From Botryllus schlosseri (taxonomy: Eukaryota), in NCBI GenBank assembly GCA_051294905.1, contig CM119373.1, forward strand, positions 5,396,001 to 5,460,000: a stretch of 64,000 bases of DNA. Direction: 5' to 3'. Position 1 is the first letter of the stretch. Each line of letters starts with the position of its first letter. The position numbers and the translations under genes are program-made. The notes beneath the pieces are model-generated. The model was not told the DNA's origin. It saw only the letters and a list, made by a program, of their open reading frames with translations, and did no database searches. Shown in pieces: positions 1 through 11,600 of the stretch.

Positions 1-949
1 TGAATAATAACAACTACTCCGAGAGAATCTCATACATACAGGGAAAACAAGAGACTAGTCCTATCGAGCAAGACGTTTAAAATAGTTGGAATTCCAATGC
101 CTGCAATCCCCATTTTTGCAAATTCATACTCAAACGGACTCATAAGATTGTGTATATAATTTTACCTGTATTTTAGTAGGTAGGGATAGAAAATAAAGCT
201 CAATCACCCCCTCAGTTGTTACATTTATTCATTGTGACGTGTACATGTATTGAAAGATCTAACTTATTTCATAAAGTCCTATTTAATTCATTAGTAGGTT
301 ACGGAAAGGTAATATTTAGCATTACCAAGGCGAGGTCAAATAGTGGGGTGGAAACTATTATTAAAAATACTTGTTCACACGAATCCTAACGTTACAAGAT
401 ACATGTTTAAAATAATATGGAGAGCTTTCTTTTATAATCCAGACCAGGGCTTCCCACTACAATGCGGTGTCGACTTGCAAACCGAGGGTGTAGGATGAAT
501 CGTGTAATTGCGACAGCCATCACGTAGTGAATACCAAATTCATTCACTTACTGACGTAGTTGTCATGTATTTCCATTCACCCCTATATACTTGACTATGC
601 ATAGTAGCTTCTTACGTACCCTGCGTGTGAACAGTGATACTGTGATAATAAGAAACAAGTACCCCACTAAATCAGCGACCGTTTTGGGTTTATATATTTG
701 TAAATCTGACTCTAACGTGGTCAGTGCTTCACCAGTCATGAACCTCATCGCAATTCCCTGCCTGTAACCTATAGAAAATATTCAAATATACCCAGTCTAA
801 CGGTGCCAGACCATACATTTATCTGGTTATCTAGTACTATGTTGTGAAGTCACGAGAATTGCATATACTTTTTACATCTAATGACATTAGTGAGTTTCCG
901 ATCGACACTCCTATAAAAAATTAATCGAGACAGTCAAATTTCGTAACAG

Positions 950-1018
950 CAATCCCAATCACACCACATACGACCGCATCCAAAGATGGGGTCACAGAGT
1001 TAACGCCCTACGATAGCG
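950..1018 (+). pseudogene. Duplicated mini-exon with damaged donor
   Basis: Paralog of 6748-6816 (IPITPHTTASKDGVTELTPYDS) but donor reads gctaagt instead of gtaagt. Confidence 0.5.
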
Positions 1019-1097
1019 GCTAAGTTCTATATTAATCCGAGATTATTAAATGAAAAAAATTACGATCAGGTCGTTTCAATTGACACACACATAATAG

Positions 1098-1175
1098 ATG
1101 GTGGGGATCCGCCCGCCACCAAGCCTCCTTTGACCACAAGGACAGACGATCTCACCACTTCTCAGGATGATAGCT
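1098..1175 (+). CDS. Duplicated Thr-rich mini-exon (78 nt, phase 1-1)
   Basis: ataatag|ATGGTGGG...GATAGCT|gtgagt; (D)GGDPPATKPPLTTRTDDLTTSQDDS; paralog of 6895-6972. Confidence 0.5.
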
Positions 1176-2566
1176 GTGAGTTTATGACACAAGCTTCCCT
1201 CATTCGAGAATGTGGAATGAGATAAATCAATGGCTATCAATAAATTACAATCCAAGGGGGCGTCATTAAGCGTTTATGCGTCGGAATTCCGAATGCCCCC
1301 ATCCGTTGCTAACAGGTTGGCAAAACATCACAGTAGGTCGCTTTTCTCCGATCCTGTAGTAATGAGTAGCATCATAGGTATTGCGAGTTCTAATCTTTAA
1401 TGACTGCTACTCTGAGAGTATCTTATATGTGCAGAATAAACAGAAGACATTTTCGAAAACCTGTCCTATCGAGCAAGACGTTTAAAATATCTGGAATTCC
1501 AGCACCTGCAAGCCCCATTTTTGTTAACTCATGCTGAAACGTACTGATAAGTGTATGCATATATTCATACCTGTATTTTTGAAGGTAGGGAAAAATAATA
1601 AAGCTTAATCCCCCATCAGTTGTTACATTTAGTCATTGTGACGTCTATGTATACAGGAATGCTAAGTTATTAACTTTTTTCATGAAATCCTATTGAATTC
1701 ATTAATAGGTCACGGAAAGTTAATATAATATTTATCATTAACAACGCGAGATTATATAGTGGGGTGGAAGCTATTATATAAAAGTACTCACGAGTCCTAA
1801 CCTTATACAAGGGATATGTTAAAAATAATGTTGAGAACTTTCTTCTAGTCTATAATCTAGACCAGGGGTTCCTAATATTTTTACCGCGGACTCCTCAATT
1901 TTTCTGAGTGTATGCGTGAACCCGTGAATCCGTGAAATTTGGAGCTCAAAAAGGAAAAAGATCATCACTGAAGCTCAGTCGTAATGACGACTTCATTGCG
2001 ATTTTCTAGTTAATGACTGGCAAGCAACGACTTATCTAAAATAGAAGAACGTCACCCATTTTACGAAGTCTTGGCCGCGGTCAATATGGATCTTTTGACA
2101 AAAAAGGTTCTCGAGACATTGGTTTATTGTAAAGCACCAGAGGAGAGGAGAGGTGAGGCACGGACGGGACAAGCCTCACCTGTGAAAGCGCAATTCACCA
2201 TCAACAGCTCAGAATTTATAATAACTGACATTAATGTAATTCTATTATAGCACTGACTTCGACAAAGAAAGCATTAATAAGGTCAGGGCACCAAAACCCC
2301 TCAAAATCGCCAAAGAATGCGAGATTCGACCTTGTTACGCGCAATGATAGCACATACAAACAATGGTAGTGTGAGGCCAAGATATATTTGATTCATTCAC
2401 TGTCAGCTAACAATCCGATAATTGCAGCGCAGCGATACAATGCCGTGTCGACTTCGCAAACCGACGGTATATTATGAATTGTGGAATTGCGACAGCCCAG
2501 ATGTGGTGAATACAAAATTCATTCACTTACTGGCGTAATTGTCGTGTATTTTCCATCCATAACTAT

Positions 2567-3118
2567 CAGTGATGAGCGGATAGTGCTTTTCAAGACTCCG
2601 AATCTCTCCGACAACTTTAGTCGCTGAGGCAATCTGCCTCCGACTCCGAAGAGCTCAATCCCAGACTCCGAGATTTCCGAAAAATCTCGTCCAGTCTCGT
2701 CAGTCTGCCTTGCTAGATCACTAGGTTAAAATGGCTCATGGCCAATCATACCATTTTAACCGGTAATATAGCATTAGAGTGGCGAGCAAGGTACACTTGG
2801 TAATGTGTTTTACTAAAGAGATGTGAGAATATGTTTGCCTTGTAGTATTGTCTACTCTCCACTGGAGTGCATCGCATTGCCGTGCAGATGGCTGATTTTT
2901 ATGCACTTGGCAATCATTTTTGCATGTTGCCCGTCATATTACAACTTTAGAAGGTGTCAACTGCTTGTGTTTTGGTTTGTAATCAATAGTGTCTTCTGGT
3001 CAAAGCTATCCAAAAATATCGAGGGCGAAAGTTACAACACTCCGAATAAATATCTGTAGTAAACTCCGACTCCGCTCCGAGTGTCACAAAATCGGCAAAA
3101 CTCCGATGCTCATCACTG
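2567..3118. mobile_element. hAT MITE with ACTCCG subterminal motifs
   Basis: TIR CAGTGATGAGC/GCTCATCACTG; near TSD ataactat/atatctat; absent from the paralogous block at ~575-585. Confidence 0.8.
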
Positions 3119-3508
3119 ATATCTATACCTTCCATTAGGGATGGGGCATAGTTGCTTCTTATGTACTGCGCGTGAAGAATGCTAATGTTATGATAAGAAA
3201 CAAATACCCAACTAAGTAAGCTGTTATTTTGGGTTTATATATCTGTAGATCTGACTCTAACGTGATCAGTGCTTCAAGCGCAACGAACCTCAGCACCGCA
3301 CGACATAGCCTGTAAGCTGTAGACAATATATAAATATACCCACTCTATCGGCGCCAGACCATATATTTTTCTGTTTCACAATTACTATGTTGTGAAGTCA
3401 CGAGAATTGCATATACTTTTTACATCTAATTGACGATACCGATTTTTATTTCAATTTGAGATTTCAACCCGATATTATCTTCGATACGATAATCTCTAAT
3501 ATTGATTA

Positions 3509-6500
3509 CACTGGTCAACACTATTTTTGTTGACGTTGACCAGGCAATTGATTCTGACTAATTTTTTGGCGCTGAATTAAAAAAATGATTTCCGTTTTTC
3601 TCTATCACCTCAATTTTTTGGGTTAGGCACCCACCACATTGTCTCAAAACCCATATATTAGCACTATTTTTAATATTTCGTGCTTACTGTATAAAACGTT
3701 TTAAAAACCACAAGCAGTCGAAAGTAAATCAATAGACTTCAAATAAACATTTGCACTGCTTTATTAGGTTGATTTAAGCCAGGGATGGGCAGTGGCGAGA
3801 TTATAGGCTGGTCGACCTCAATAACCAATTTGCCAAAACTATAGATATGAAAGTCGGTTGTCCCGATTCTTATAACAGGATTGAAATTTAAATCTGTGAG
3901 CAGCGACTTGTGAGCAGATTTACTAATTCAATACGGAGAACGAATCTACCTAATACACGCGCGGATCGATTTTTAGACGCACATCGCTGAAATAATTAAA
4001 ACTGGAGTGGCCAATCTCCAATCGCACTCGTGATACGAATTATGTCAATCTCGTTTAGGATTTCTATAATGTTTAGCAGTTGAAACCTTTCAAACTGCGT
4101 GGGCCTTGAGATCCGGCAGTCGCGTCAGAAATGAAACATAAAAAATAATATGGGAAGTATTTACCCCAGAACAGTGGTTCTCAAACTTTTTTAAAGACAC
4201 GCCTCCCCCCCTTATGATGGTAAAAGATTTAGTGCACCCCCCCCCCCCTTAACGTCATATCACGAAATGCAACCAGGCTGCTAGAAAACCTAACACATAA
4301 TTTGTTAGCATGGAAGGTTACGACTGTCGATGAGAGATTTTCAAATATAAAATTCAGACTATATACAGAGCAACAATTATGAATGGGATGTAAATCGCGC
4401 ATAGCGCGAATTTTTTTTAGTTCGCCCCCCCCCCTTCAGATGCTTTCACGCCCCCGAGGGTGGTGCGCCCCCAGTTTGAGAACTACTGCCTTCGAATTAT
4501 TATGGTGAAATTTACTAAGAAAAAGTAAAGAGAGAGACGAGATGAAATTGTCAACTTTACCCGGTGAGACCTTTCTTCGGCAGTCTTTGCAAATCGGGGT
4601 TGGCGGATTATCAATAATGCGCGCTTTGTCTCGCTAAAACGTGACCAATTGCAGCCCGGCATTGCACGGTGTGTTGGTGCCATCATTAAACAGTTTACAT
4701 GCAGTGACCGGATTGATTGGAAAACTCATGGTATCGCTACATGCTTCCACTTTTCAAAGGGACGCGACGTCGCAGAAAGTCCGACGTCACGTGAAATAAC
4801 ATAAAACATTTCTAACAATGTCTTGAATATTTCACAATACTTACACAGCAAAAACAAAGAAACTGCGCGTCTCCTCCGAGACTACTCCTCGAGTCAACTT
4901 TTTTGTATGGCTTGACGGCGGAGGCAATTTTTTATTGACTCGAGCGTTGTAAGTTACAACTTGTAACAATGAGACAATGAGTCCAAAGCCTTGCTTGGCG
5001 TGAGTGTGAAGGTATAACAGCGACACCTTAGGGCCATACGGCGGCTGCAAGTACCGTTCAAATGACATCAACTTCGTTGACGCACTGATGGTACGAAACT
5101 TCCCAACAAAGGATGATAAATTTATTGGATGGCGGCATTTTCCGGCTGTTCCCAAACTGTTTGAAACGACGGAATTGAGATGCTGCAAATTGACGCATCA
5201 AGTCGATTCGATTTTTAGTACTGAATTTATCAATATTTTTAATAAGTTTCTTTAGACTCTCGCGTGCCGCACGGCCCGCGGGCCGTAGTTTCCCCACCCC
5301 TGATTTAATCTGATATTGCTTCTACATGACAAATAAAGTGCGAGTTTCAGGGTATAAATTTAGGCTAATAACCTATAATTCTTTAGGTTGTCTAGTTTGA
5401 TACTCGAGCAATAGTCAGCTAACATATGTAATCCCCAATCTACTCTGGTATCTTACCCCCATCATCTTCAGATGTTGGGGGGACATTTTCTCCTTGTTCA
5501 TCTCTGGGTATGTCAAGGTTTTTAGGAAAATTAATTAGCTATTTCAGCTTTTTTGAATGTTTGCTGTCGACATAAAAATATGGCAGTGACACATGTGTAT
5601 CAGGGTTACATGTGCATCCTCATTGTTTGACCACTAGAAACACTATATTTCAAAGCTGACACATATGATCCAATCGTGCCCGTGATATTGCAACAATTCA
5701 AGGTTTCTGTATTACTTTTAATGTTTCTCTATTATCCACGAAGACTAACTGAGTGCGCAATTGTTACTGCACCTAAGACATTTATCCTGACCGAAAGTGA
5801 GATACCTTCTCCACCTTGCCAAGTAATCTTTTTTCACGTCATAAGGATGTTAAAAGTTCCGAAGATTTCTATTCCAAGTCCCACAGCTTATGCCAGATCA
5901 ATAACTCGTCGAGTCGCCGAGTTTATTATTTCATGTAACTTGTATATATAGTTTGAAAGTTATTATAAGCCTATGTCCCAGAGCACGAGAACTCGATTCT
6001 TGATAACATATTTTGTCCGTGGTGCACAAGGACGGAAACGGCGCCACGCGCCACTTGAAACTCCTCATTATTAATAATAATAACAATCTTGATCCAAATT
6101 ATCGAGCGTATAGGAGTTTCAGGTTGTATGGGATAAGCTGAATGGGGCATTTGACCTATGGCTGATAGTATATGTCATGTTTATTTTTCTTGCCATACCC
6201 TGCAGTTTGCATCAAATATGTGTGTGAAATATCCTCGGATGAATGCATCCTCTAACGAAAAATGGGTGATAACATCGGCCTAGATCGATACCAGTACCTT
6301 TTTCAGCCTAATTCAATCGAGCCCTTGACTATATAACTTATTTTATGGTAAAAGTGTGGATTTCTATATTATATGAAAAAGTAATATGGCTAAATTCGTG
6401 AAAAATTCCGAAAATTTGCATATTTTGGGCATATGTCGTAGAGCAAAAATTTGACGTGATAGAAGAGAAGCAGTGGCATTTTGGGAATTGGCACGCCAAA

Positions 6501-6555
6501 ATTAGCCTAAATCAAGTGCAGACTCAGGGTTAACAAATTTGCCGGTTTCCCAGTG
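3509..6555 (-). mobile_element. Non-autonomous Chapaev3-like DNA transposon with nested hAT MITEs
   Basis: CACTGG...CCCAGTG termini, TTA on both flanks; minus-strand transposase relic (ELLQYHGHDWIICVS); homologous to 53232-55721. Confidence 0.75.
3780..5302. mobile_element. hAT MITE with an internal MITE (~4172-4488)
   Basis: CAGGGATGGG...CCCCACCCCTG; TSD atttaagc/atttaatc; empty site gatttaaactg in the second Chapaev copy (~53494). Confidence 0.8.
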
Positions 6556-6610
6556 TTATCAAAATAATATTCCTGATGCGTACATATTATAGATGATTCG
6601 CAATTGTCAG

Positions 6611-6688
6611 ATGGTGAGGCAACATCCAACGTTCATACGCTTACGACCACAAGCAAAGACAACGTAACTTCGAAGCCAAATGACATTA
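6611..6688 (+). CDS. Thr-rich mini-exon (78 nt, phase 1-1)
   Basis: ttgtcag|ATGGTGAG...GACATTA|gtgagt; (D)GEATSNVHTLTTTSKDNVTSKPNDI; assignment to gene 1 is inferred. Confidence 0.6.
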
Positions 6689-6747
6689 GTGAGTTTCCGA
6701 TCGACAAACATACACAATTGAATCGAGTGTGCCAAATTTTCTAACAG

Positions 6748-6816
6748 CAATCAGAAGCAAACCCCGTACGACCGCATCCAAATATGAGGTCACAAAGTCA
6801 ACGCCCTACGATAGCG
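6748..6816 (+). CDS. Thr-rich mini-exon (69 nt, phase 1-1)
   Basis: ttctaacag|CAATCAGA...GATAGCG|gtaagt; IRSKPRTTASKYEVTKSTPYDS; follows a 59-nt intron. Confidence 0.65.
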
Positions 6817-6894
6817 GTAAGTATCAATTTAATCTAAGATTATTAAATGATAAAATTTACAATCAAATTGTTTCAATTGACACACATATAAAAG

Positions 6895-6972
6895 AAGGAG
6901 GGGCTCCAAACGTCACCAAGCCATCGTCGACCACAAGAACGGACGAACTTACAACTTCTAAGAATGATAGCT
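6895..6972 (+). CDS. Thr-rich mini-exon (78 nt, phase 1-1)
   Basis: ataaaag|AAGGAGGG...GATAGCT|gtgagt; (E)GGAPNVTKPSSTTRTDELTTSKNDS; weak acceptor; paralog at 1098-1175. Confidence 0.55.
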
Positions 6973-7637
6973 GTGAGTTCATGTCACCTGAGAATTTGCA
7001 ATGATAGAAATTAATGGCTATCACCAAATTACAATCCAAGAGGACGGCATTACAAGTTTATGGGTAAATATTCCGAATGCACTCACCCGTTACTAACAAG
7101 TTGGCAAATCGTCACTGTAGGACATTTCCCTCCAATCCGGTAGTAATGATTGACATCATACGTATAGCGTGTACTGAAGATTGATTAATGACTGATACTC
7201 CGATAGTATTTAATACATTCAGGGGAAACGAAAAGCATTTTCGAAAACCAGTCCTATCGAGCACGACGTTTAAATTAGCTGGAATACCAGTACCTGACAT
7301 CCCAATTTTTGTTAACTCATTCTCCAACGTACTGAGAAATGTAACATATAATTGTTCCAGTATTTTTGTTGGCAGGGAGAAAAAATAAAGCTCAATAACC
7401 CCGTCAGTTGCTACATCCATTCTATGTGACGTGATCATGTCTGGGAATGCTAGATTCTTAACTTTCTCCATAGAGTTCTATTGAATTCATTAATAGGGAA
7501 AATTAATTTATAAATAGACCAATGTGAGGACTTGTGACATGTTGGAAGCTTTTATAAAAGTACTATTTAACACGAATCCTAATCTTGCAAGGGATATGTT
7601 TGAAATAATATTGACAACTTTATTCTGTTGTCTAGAC

Positions 7638-10613
7638 CAGTGGTTATCAACCTTTTGTCTTCGCTGACCCCTTCTAGATCAGGGGTGGGCAAACTTTTGT
7701 GCTCGCGGGCCGTATTCAACATCTGAATGCATTCGCGGGCCGCACTATATAAAATTGGGATTATAAACCAAAACGCAATATTGCTATTTGATTATATAGT
7801 GAGGACATGGAGACAATATATGTGCTTATTTAAAACAAGCCAAATATTGCTTTGATGATATCGTACACGCGTCAGAATCAAATAGTGGCGAGATTTCATA
7901 GGCTGGCGGACCTCAACAACCAATTTGTCAAAACTATAGAGATAAAAGTCGGTTGGCCCGATTCTTAGAACAGGATTGAAATATAAATCTGTGAGCAGAG
8001 ATCTCTTCATAGATTTAGTAATTCCACTTTGGCTTCAGTTCCAAGGACACACAATGCTGACAGCATCATAACCATGTTATCTTCAAACACGCTTCTACTA
8101 TGTAATTCATACTAAATACATAGCAATAAGTATGAATGGAATGAAAATCGCGCGATGAGCGGGAAATATTTTTTCAGTTGAGCTCAGCTTCGCGCCCTTC
8201 AGATACTTTCACGCCCCCAAGGGGGGCGCGCCAGCCAGTTTGAAAACCACTGTCTTAGAATTATCATGGTGAAATATACTAAGACAAAGTTAATCAAGTC
8301 CCTGCATCAATTCGATTTTTAGTACGCATTTTATCAAAATTTTTGAAATGTTTCTTTAAACTCTCGCGGGCCGCACAGAACGGCGTGGCGGGCCGCATGC
8401 GGCCCGCGGGCCGAAGTTTGCCCACCCTTGTTCTAGACCAGACCTGGGCAAAGTGCGGCCCGCGGGCCAAATGCGGCCCGCGAAGCTATTCTGTGCGGCC
8501 CGCGAAAGGTTGCTTGGAATTCAGAACAAAACTTGCTTTTTGAATGACTAAAACCATAGGCTATATCAAATGAACAGGAAATTCGTTTAGTTTGTAGCCT
8601 GTTCATTAATACGCCACGATTACGCTGCCTACGTGCCTCACATGCGTAATCCAGATTCAAAATAAAGGCAATGTGGCAAAGTATGAGTAGCAATTGAAGT
8701 CACAAGAAATTCCTCTTTCCATATAGTTTAGTTCAAACCTTTCTTGTTGCCATTGTCGCATTACGCATCAAACGGTCTGTGTTTCAATTTATTACGTGAT
8801 ACGTTTCCAAATCCCTAATTCGTAAAGCAAGTCAATCAATGCTCGCGATTACTATATGACTCATCATATCTATCACCCATAAAGGATTAACGGGCAATCC
8901 AAAAAAAGAAAGCCGAAAACTGAAATTCAAAGAAGGATTAGGTTTAGAATATAGAGCACTAAATATTCGTATACAGGAGTCGGGTGTAAACCCGTCCTTT
9001 CAGTTTTTGCTGGGCATGTCGCCGAGATTAAGGATTTCAATTAAAGTCGATCTTATGACAAAAACACGAAACACTCGGTCAAGGGAGGGCGAAATTCAGA
9101 AAAACTGCATGCGTCGCTCAACATAAACGCTATTTTTGGTGCAGACTGCTCGGAAGGCAGCGACCAGGAAAATAAGCTTTGTACTATATAGCATATACAT
9201 TTCATTGCAGTGGTTCTTGAACGTGAAAGCATCAGAAGTGTGGCGCGCAGCCGAAGTTTATTGAAAAAAATTTTCGCGCTATGCGCGATATATCCCCAGC
9301 TTATAGTTATTGCTCTGTGTATTGTCCGACTTTGATATTTCAGAATTATCTCATCAACAGCCATAATCTTCCATGCCATCGAACTATCCGTTGGGATTGC
9401 TAGCATTCTGGTTGCACTTTTTAATACTTTGTGATATCATGATAAGGAGGCGCGAAATTGTTCACTATCATAAAAAAAGGCATGCCTAAAAAGTTTGAGA
9501 ACCACTGTTTTAGAGTTTTAGAAGAACGTGGATAGGGGTTTAAAGAGAGCTAAAATGTAACATGTTTAACATTGTTTCGAATCATGACGGCAAATAGATA
9601 TTTTTTTAATTAACAGTCACTTTCTCATTACCTAATATCTACACATTCACTGAGCATCATTTATTAACAATGTAATTTAGAAATAAAATTAAAATACGCT
9701 AGAGAATATAGCTAATTTTTTTTTCACTAGGCCCGCCAACGTATTTCTTACTTCTCATTTGGCCCGCGGAGGAAAATAATTGCCCACCCCTGTTCTAGAC
9801 CGTTACAGACGCTCGCGGACCCTCAAAAATGTTAGTTCAAATTTAGCTCAATTACCGTAATCTGTCCGGTGCAAATATTCACTGTGGGCTAGTGATAAAC
9901 AGCAGAGTTTGTTGAAAACACCATCATACTATTTATGTAAAAAATGGCTAGACTTTTATTATATCCAAGCGAATTTTATAGTTGCGTTTATTGAAATACG
10001 TGATCGTGTCTAGAAAGTCCGCGCCCTAGATGTGATATGAACGAGTGCCGAAGATCCATTTCCGCGAAGATGGCGGTGGTGGTGAATGTGATATTTACGC
10101 ATAACGATACCGACGCCACATTTTTCGGTATGATCGCAACATATATCACACCAAAATTAGAAAACATATTCTTATTGAACATATACCGTCAATCCTAGTC
10201 ATTTATATCTAGCAGCTCATCTGGAATTTATTCTGGTTTTGTCGTTAGGTATATCGCGGAAAAAATGAATTTTTGCAGACATTTCGAATTCAGCCTATTC
10301 ACCTTACCACTCCAACTTTTGGTAATCTTCCCCGAAATAAAAAAAAATGTTTAAACAGCAATATGATTGTATAAGTAGGCTATTAGTAATTCAGCAATGA
10401 AAATGAGTTTGCACAGTTGGATATTTCATCTCAGACAGTCATTCTATTGATGTGAGTCGTGAAGTTTTAGCATGTTCGGAAGCGAAACTGCCTCGTGATT
10501 TCCCTGTAGTTTTAAGAAATATATTAGGTTATCAACCATTTTGCAAATTTAGAGGTTTCGCCCCCCCCCCCTCCTTCTGAAAATGCTTCGTGGACCACGG
10601 TTGAGCACCACTG
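7638..10613. mobile_element. Nested cluster of Charlie/Buster-type hAT MITEs (inner 7680-8430 and 8439-9792)
   Basis: CAGTGG/CAGGGG termini with GCGGCCCGCGGGCC subterminal motifs; flanks gtctagac, ttctagat, ttctagac, ttctagac. Confidence 0.75.
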
Positions 10614-11093
10614 TTCAAGAAACTCACACTTCCAGTTTTTTTTGTATACGCATAAAATATTTTTCCTTAGGGGTATTAACGATCGTGAAAAATGTTCAGG
10701 ATGATACTGACTTTTGTCAAGCTAAATAACAACGAAGACTAACATTCTGCCACATCAATAAAGTTGGTTTGAGAGCGTCTGAACATAATCGTCGTGCAAA
10801 ATTCTGTAGGTGCCACAGCCACAAAATGAATTAGGTTTGTGAACGCTTACTTATAAACGAAATTTCCCATGAGTTTTGTAACTGCAGCGGTTCATTTTAG
10901 TAGCATTTTGCTCTACTATGAAGTAGTTAGAATAAAGGTCGGAGCATTTTTACAAAATTCGACTAAAGATCTCACCCATTAGGTGTTTCTCGGTGTTACA
11001 CAATTTCTCTTGCGCCGACTCCACCACTACATAGCCCAGATATATCCAAAACCTTTAATCAACGGTTATATATATTTAAGATTAATATTTCAG

Positions 11094-11180
11094 ATTCATC
11101 AACAAAATCATATAGTGATTCCACCACAACTGACTCGATTGACATTACCACATCGACCACTCCAGAGGAGTCGGTTGCAG
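11094..11180 (+). CDS. Thr/Ser-rich stalk mini-exon (87 nt, phase 1-1), gene 1
   Basis: tttcag|ATTCATCA...GTTGCAG|gtaaat; encodes (D)SSTKSYSDSTTTDSIDITTSTTPEESVA. Confidence 0.75.
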
Positions 11181-11327
11181 GTAAATAATATATATATACT
11201 ACGCTGCATCGTAAAATTGAGGATTGCGGTCAAAGCACAATTGGTAATTTCGCGCCTGTTTAATGCACTTAACTTGCGAAATTAGTGATCGGCAAGTTAT
11301 CATTGAAACAACCATATTGCAATTCAG

Positions 11328-11399
11328 GGATGTCAACGACATCACATCGTTTCTCCGCCACGTCTGATTGGATAGAAGTTACAACCGTCACGACTGCTG
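11328..11399 (+). CDS. Thr/Ser-rich stalk mini-exon (72 nt, phase 1-1), gene 1
   Basis: aattcag|GGATGTCAACG...ACTGCTG|gtgaac; encodes (G)MSTTSHRFSATSDWIEVTTVTTA; donor weaker. Confidence 0.6.
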
Positions 11400-11513
11400 G
11401 TGAACATGATATTCGCAAGTAGCTTATTGCTAAAACTTACTATCCCAATAAGCATCCGTAGAAAAGAAAGGCTTTGATTTTACCAACTATATTGCAATTA
11501 AATTGGTATGCAG

Positions 11514-11600
11514 GCTCACCCACGGAATTCTTTGAGGATACTATCACAACAGACTCGGTACAAGTTACGACATTGACAACTCCAGCGGTACCAGATATTG
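11514..11600 (+). CDS. Thr-rich stalk mini-exon (87 nt, phase 1-1), gene 1
   Basis: atgcag|GCTCACCC...GATATTG|gtgagt; encodes (G)SPTEFFEDTITTDSVQVTTLTTPAVPDI; G+CG joins in frame to the 16282 pentraxin exon. Confidence 0.8.

Larger units (their letters stand above)
1..3430 (+). repeat. Tandemly duplicated ~1.4-kb block (partial copy 1-880; copy 881-3430 with two MITE insertions); third partial copy at ~6680-7635
   Basis: Shared anchors: tcctatcgagca at ~59, ~1464 and ~7252; ctatgttgtgaagtcacgagaattgcatatactttttacatctaat ending at ~881 and ~3430; aatgacattagtgagtttccgatcgaca at ~879 and ~6679. Confidence 0.85.

Noticed and set aside
7112..7471. 119-aa minus-strand ORF as a gene
   Set aside because: Not kept open in the paralogous copies at 1-440 and 1320-1700; nearby exon signals in the same block are on the + strand
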